Below are positions 59,532 through 64,000 of a stretch of 64,000 nt of DNA, in pieces. Origin of the DNA: Takakia lepidozioides. Its lineage: Eukaryota; Plantae; Bryophyta. Position numbers and translations under genes: made by a program. Within the stretch, counting starts at the first letter, position 1. Each line of letters starts with the position of its first letter. The notes under the pieces are model-generated. The model was given only the letters and a program-made list of their open reading frames with translations, had not been told where the DNA came from and did not search any database. The DNA lies in contig CM060731.1 in NCBI GenBank assembly GCA_030704615.1, positions 57,102,001 to 57,166,000 on the forward strand, read 5' to 3'.

Positions 59532-62350
59532 TCAATGGAGCAATTTTTCTGCATCGTCCAAACCACGACGGATATACTTTACACACTGCAATCGTTGCAG
59601 TATCGGAAACCTGAAATTAAACCACCTTGGTGTGAAGGCTTGTCCTCTCTCTTTGGTTTTCTGCCTATCACCTTTCAACCAGTTGTAATACCCTTCAATG
59701 AAAGACGTCACGTAAAACCCACACTCCCAACTGAAAGGTTGTTGGGGCACTTCGGGAGAGTTGAACTGAAATGCCATTACTTCATCCCATTATGGAGTCC
59801 AAACGACATATCCAAAGCACCCTGCATGCACCTTCCGAATTCAAGCAAGGAGTTGTACGCAAGTATGCATTTCCCTCCGAGAGTTTAAGTGGGTATAGGC
59901 GCCTTTCCTTAGGTCGATGATAATGACGCTCCAGTGGCACCTTCAATGTAAAAATGAACATGCCCAACAATTTCATTAGTCCCAAACCCAACAGACTCTG
60001 CAGACCAACAAACAAACATGCTCGGCTGTCCAAATGGCCAACTGTCGAACACACACAACACTCCAACAGATGCAACGGACTAGCAGTCCAGCAGACCAAT
60101 AGTCCAAGAGTGCAGGAGTCGAACAGACCATGACGTCCAACTCACACGACAGTCGAACAGACCATGAGGTCGAACACACACAGAAGACCCAACATTCAGC
60201 AGACAGCAAAATGTGCAACAAGTCCGTCGGGTCTTACCCTTGTAAGACCGGCACCAATATATGAGTGCAGTCTTTAATGTCTTTGCCAAGTCGCGTAAGA
60301 GTCAAGGCACCATCAAGGTTTGCCACCAAAGTTTTTGCGTGGGGCTGTGTCGAAAGTCTAGAAAACAGACCACGTCGACGTTGGCAAAAGAGCGACAGTG
60401 CCATACGTCCTCGAGTCTAGGGTGTTCTCGAAAATACGACACCAGACATCCAAAAGTCTGTCCGAGCACTCCGACTCAACCACGTTTAGTGCTTTCATGT
60501 CTTCCGGCGCAATGCCACATCGGAACCGCGAGTCTCCTTCAAAAAAATACACCATGCTATTCCCAGCAGCTACATGTATGGACATCAATTGCCGGAAACG
60601 ACTTTCAATCCTGCACATACAGTCAGACCCCACCAACATCACTCATTCCACAATGTCCAAAAACATCAGTCTGTTGCACAGTCTTAGCAGACCAATGAGG
60701 GGAACTGAATTACCAGAAAGTCCAGAAACCAAAGTCAAGGGAGACTCTTAGCAGACTGACCAACAGACCCGACAATCGGACAGTGGACATTCGGACATTC
60801 GGACAGTGGACTGCATTGTCACAACAAACTGAACAACAGATTTGACAATCGACAAAGTCGACAAACACAACTGTGGGGCACAGACACAGCAGACTGAGTA
60901 CAAGCCTTACAAGACTGCAGACAAGAAGCCAGTAGACTGCCCGAAAATACATACCTACAAAGGCAACTTTAAAAGAACACGACCGAACAGCAGACACATA
61001 CGACTTACTTCTTCGACGCCAGTAACTCTGCCACCTCCTTGTCCATGTCCAAACACAATCGGCGGTCCTTGTTTATAAACACATCTGACTTGCCTTTCCT
61101 AGCTGGTCTCTTTTGAACATGACCCTCTCCAGTCTCCTTGACCGCCTCAATGACCAGACGTTTTTGGGCTTTTCCTCTTTCTGCTCGGACGGAGGCGCTC
61201 TCTACCGCAATGCCTAGGATGACTTGCCCAGACTACTGCAATATTGCAGCTCTGCTGCGCAGCAGAAGAGTGTCAGTCGGTTTGTTGACACTTGCCGGTC
61301 CAGTCCTCGCAGCCTCACGAATGGCATGCGTTGAACTAACACGAGAATCGGGCGGTGTGCGCAGACCGCCTGTCTTTGTTGTTGACCCAACATTGGTAGG
61401 AGCAAGAGCAGACGGAGACGACAAAGGCAAAGTCTGCTTGCGGACGTCCTCAACTGTCACCTCATTGAAACTCTCTTGGGTGGGCTGTATAGCAGTCTAC
61501 TGGACATACTTTGAAGAAGTCTCCTTGGAAAACTCAAGTGCAGTCATCTGTTCTGTCTGCTGGAGAGGGTCTGCTGCAGTCTGCTGGGAATTATTTGCTG
61601 CAGTCTGTTGGGGTGTGTCTGTTAAAGTCAACCGGACAGACTCATGCGCAGTCCGGTGGGCAGGGTCTGCTTCTGCAGACTCCTGGGCAAACTCATGCGC
61701 AGTCGGGTAGGATGGGTCTGTTGCTGCAATCATCTAGGCAGACTCATGCGCAGTCTGGTGGGCAGGGTCTGCTGCTGCAGTCACCTGGGCAGACTCATTC
61801 GCAGACTGGTGGGCAGGGTCTGCTGCTGCAGTCACCTGGGCAGACTCATGTGCAGTCGGGTGGGCAGAGTCTGCTGCAGTCTTCTGGGCTGACTCTCTAA
61901 GCAGGGCAATCACCTCGGCGGAGTCTCGTGTTGTCTGTTGACCAGAGTCTTGTGAACTCGTCTGAGCAGACTTGTGTGTAGTTTCTTGGGCAGAGTAATG
62001 TGGAGTCTGGTGGAAGGGATTCTGAGACGCAAGAGCAGACTTATGGGTAGTCTTGTGGATACTCTGTTGGGCATGGGAGTCATCTGCAGTCTCCGGGGGA
62101 ATGTCATTGGCAGACTCCGGAACAATGCCATCTGCACCCACGGCAGTCTCCTGCCTAGTCTGCTGGACAACTCCTCGTGCAGTCTGCTGGACAGTCTCCT
62201 GCCCTTTATTCCGGTTAGTCTCCTAGCCATTGTACTCTACAGTGTCCAGGGTAGTCTTCTCTCTGGTCGTCTGTGCACTCATATTGGCAGTTTTGTCAGT
62301 CTTCTCCTTGTCCTGCTCTGCCATACGGTGGTTCTGGTCTTAGGCGCACC
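59532..62350 (-). pseudogene. Ulp1/SENP-like (peptidase C48) cysteine protease with a long low-complexity N-terminus, spliced, with in-frame stops
   Basis: Manual translation: GIAPEDMKAL...DRLLDVW (60358-60642), CHWSVIIIDLRKGAYTHLNS (about 59940-59880), VPQQPFSWECGFYV (catalytic Gln/Cys). ORFs 61233-62141 share one frame and are separated by stops. The 5' boundary is approximate. Confidence 0.75.
61639..61885. repeat. 51-bp coding minisatellite (about 5 copies, 17 aa)
   Basis: GACTCATGCGCAGTCTGGTGGGCAGGGTCTGCTGCTGCAGTCACCTGGGCA at about 61639, 61690, 61741, 61792 and 61843. Confidence 0.85.
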
Positions 62351-62568
62351 AGCAGACTATCAATTTCACCATCAAGTAAGTTTTGAGGGTCTACTGACAA
62401 AACAGACTCGGGGTTGAAAGCGGTGGGAAGGGTGCAATCAGAGACATGTAGGGCCGGGTTGGCTTGAATTCCCTCATCGAATTCTGCTGTAAGGTCTATG
62501 ATGCAGTTTACTGGTCTACAGGTCGGTTACCTTGTCGCCAATTGCGGTTCTCCTTTGGCCGAACGCAC

Positions 62569-63990
62569 CTAAATAGAGGCCCCCACGTCACTTGTCGGGA
62601 GTCCCAGTTTTTGTGCTGTTGCCGGTGTCATGAAGGAGTGCGACGCTCCTGTGTCCACCAACAACGACACATTAGTTCCGGATATTATCCCATCCACGAA
62701 CAATAACTGACTCCCTTTACGTAAGGCGCCAGTTTCCTGATACAACTCACAAGAAAATTTGCCTACCTTGCAAGTCCTGGCGACCACCGCTTCCACCAAG
62801 CGACTGATGGTATCTTCCGACAGCTCTGTGGTCGCCCGAGTCATGATCAAATGTCGGGGCTTTGTGCACTTCTTGGCCATGTGCTTGGGCTCCCCGCAAT
62901 TGAAACACACTCTATCAAAGGTCGACTTATGTCCGCCATAAGCCGCTCCACCCGCTTTTCCTTTCGAAGCACCGGGTGCCGCCTTGACTTGTGATGGCCC
63001 TCCCTTCGATTTCCACGTGTCATTGTCGCCGCGTGGCCTATTCCACTTCTTTTCTGGTCGGAAGGAGTCACCTTCCCACCGGGTCTTCTTGTGGTTCAGC
63101 TCTGTACGGCCTTGTCTTTCACCCTTAGGGACATCCGAGAAACATTCAACCCTCTCAATTGCCTCGTTCAAAGTCTTAGGTGGCTTCTCCTCCAACTTCC
63201 GCCTGGCCCATGGGGCCAGTCCCGCCACAAAGTTGAAGACCATTTTTGGTTCTGCCATGTCCGCGACTTCGAGCAACAGCACATTGAAAGCCTGGACATA
63301 TCCCCGAATATCATCTGTTTGCTTCAAATTCCTCATCTTGTCCCGGGCGAGCCAGGACGCGTGGAGGGGCACAAACTGCCTCTTCATCAATTCCTTGAAC
63401 CCACTCCAGTTCAAGGTTTCCGGGCTTGGACCTCGGTCGTGAAGGCGTTTCTGCCACCATTGTTGAGCATAGCCCCTCAAATAGGTGGGAGCCACTTCCA
63501 CCCGATCCTCGTCACTCAACTTGGCCGCTCGGAAGTACTGCTCTAGCTCCAAGAGCCAGGTGTTGAGTGCCTTCCGATTTCGGACGCCCTCGAAGGTGCC
63601 GGGTTCCTTCGGCTTCACCTTAAACTTTGCCTTAGTGGAAGTGGTATTAGCCGCCTTCAACACGTCTTTCAACGTCCCGCCAAATTGCGCCAACAACCCT
63701 TCCCAAAAGGCTGCCGGCATGGGAGGCATCTGTTGGTTGGTCGGAGCTCTCAAGGATTCCTCAGGCTCCGACTCCTCAGATTCCTCCCGCTCTTGAGCGG
63801 CCTCGTTTTCGGAAACATGCATCGCTTCCTCAAACGGCCGCCTCGGTGACACGTCGCCCCCATCGGGCTCACCAGGATCATCAACTTTTGGGCCGTTCCG
63901 CTTTCGCTTTGGCTTGCCCGACCCCATGATGAGGCCAATCCCAAGGACGATCGCGTACTGAACTCTAAGCTCTGATACCAAGTGTCGCAC
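62569..63990 (-). CDS. gag: Chromovirus Gag-protease (relic of the disrupted element)
   Basis: KPKEPGTFEG..LNTWL, YLRGYAQQWW, LKQTDDIRGY, CFNCGEPKHMAKKC, LLVDTGASHSF. Confidence 0.9.
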   Translation of the reverse strand: MRHLVSELRVQYAIVLGIGLIMGSGKPKRKRNGPKVDDPGEPDGGDVSPRRPFEEAMHVSENEAAQEREESEESEPEESLRAPTNQQMPPMPAAFWEGLLAQFGGTLKDVLKAANTTSTKAKFKVKPKEPGTFEGVRNRKALNTWLLELEQYFRAAKLSDEDRVEVAPTYLRGYAQQWWQKRLHDRGPSPETLNWSGFKELMKRQFVPLHASWLARDKMRNLKQTDDIRGYVQAFNVLLLEVADMAEPKMVFNFVAGLAPWARRKLEEKPPKTLNEAIERVECFSDVPKGERQGRTELNHKKTRWEGDSFRPEKKWNRPRGDNDTWKSKGGPSQVKAAPGASKGKAGGAAYGGHKSTFDRVCFNCGEPKHMAKKCTKPRHLIMTRATTELSEDTISRLVEAVVARTCKVGKFSCELYQETGALRKGSQLLFVDGIISGTNVSLLVDTGASHSFMTPATAQKLGLPTSDVGASI

Positions 63991-64000
63991 ACCTCACTTC

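Larger units (their letters stand above)
49635..64000 (-). mobile_element. Ty3/Gypsy chromovirus, disrupted by nested MULEs; RT missing; 5' LTR runs off the window
   Basis: 3' LTR at 49635-51173 (TG..CA on the minus strand), PPT at 51174-51185. The matching LTR end TGTCGC.CACCTCACTTC is at 63983, next to iMet PBS TGGTATCAGAGC (63980-63969). Confidence 0.88.

Overview
Eukaryotic land-plant DNA, probably a non-seed plant (inferred from PLS-PPR repeats, an ASR gene and the TE types). It is dominated by nested transposons. Host content is one intact two-exon ABA/WDS (ASR-family) gene and a decayed PLS-E PPR gene. The TEs are a full-length Ty3/Gypsy element (8582-21434, TSD GCCTC) with extra ORFs, a PIF/Harbinger remnant, two related MITEs, a CACTA derivative, a chromovirus broken by nested insertions, and several Mutator-like (MULE) elements. 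The highlight is a complete 15,003-bp MULE (29707-44709, 9-bp TSD TTTTAAGGG). It encodes a GCM-like/DDE/SWIM transposase on the minus strand. Divergently, it encodes a spliced protein of about 1000 aa that fuses a ParB/Srx-like N-terminal domain (DGNHR) to a beta-class N4C/N6A DNA amino-methyltransferase-like domain. Between the two genes, apparently inside intron 1 of the ParB-MTase gene, lies an array of about 42-43 copies of a 116-bp unit, each carrying a 40-bp near-perfect palindrome. This looks like a transposon-borne DNA-modification module plus a candidate cognate binding-site array. All domain calls are by-eye motif recognition; no database searches were run.
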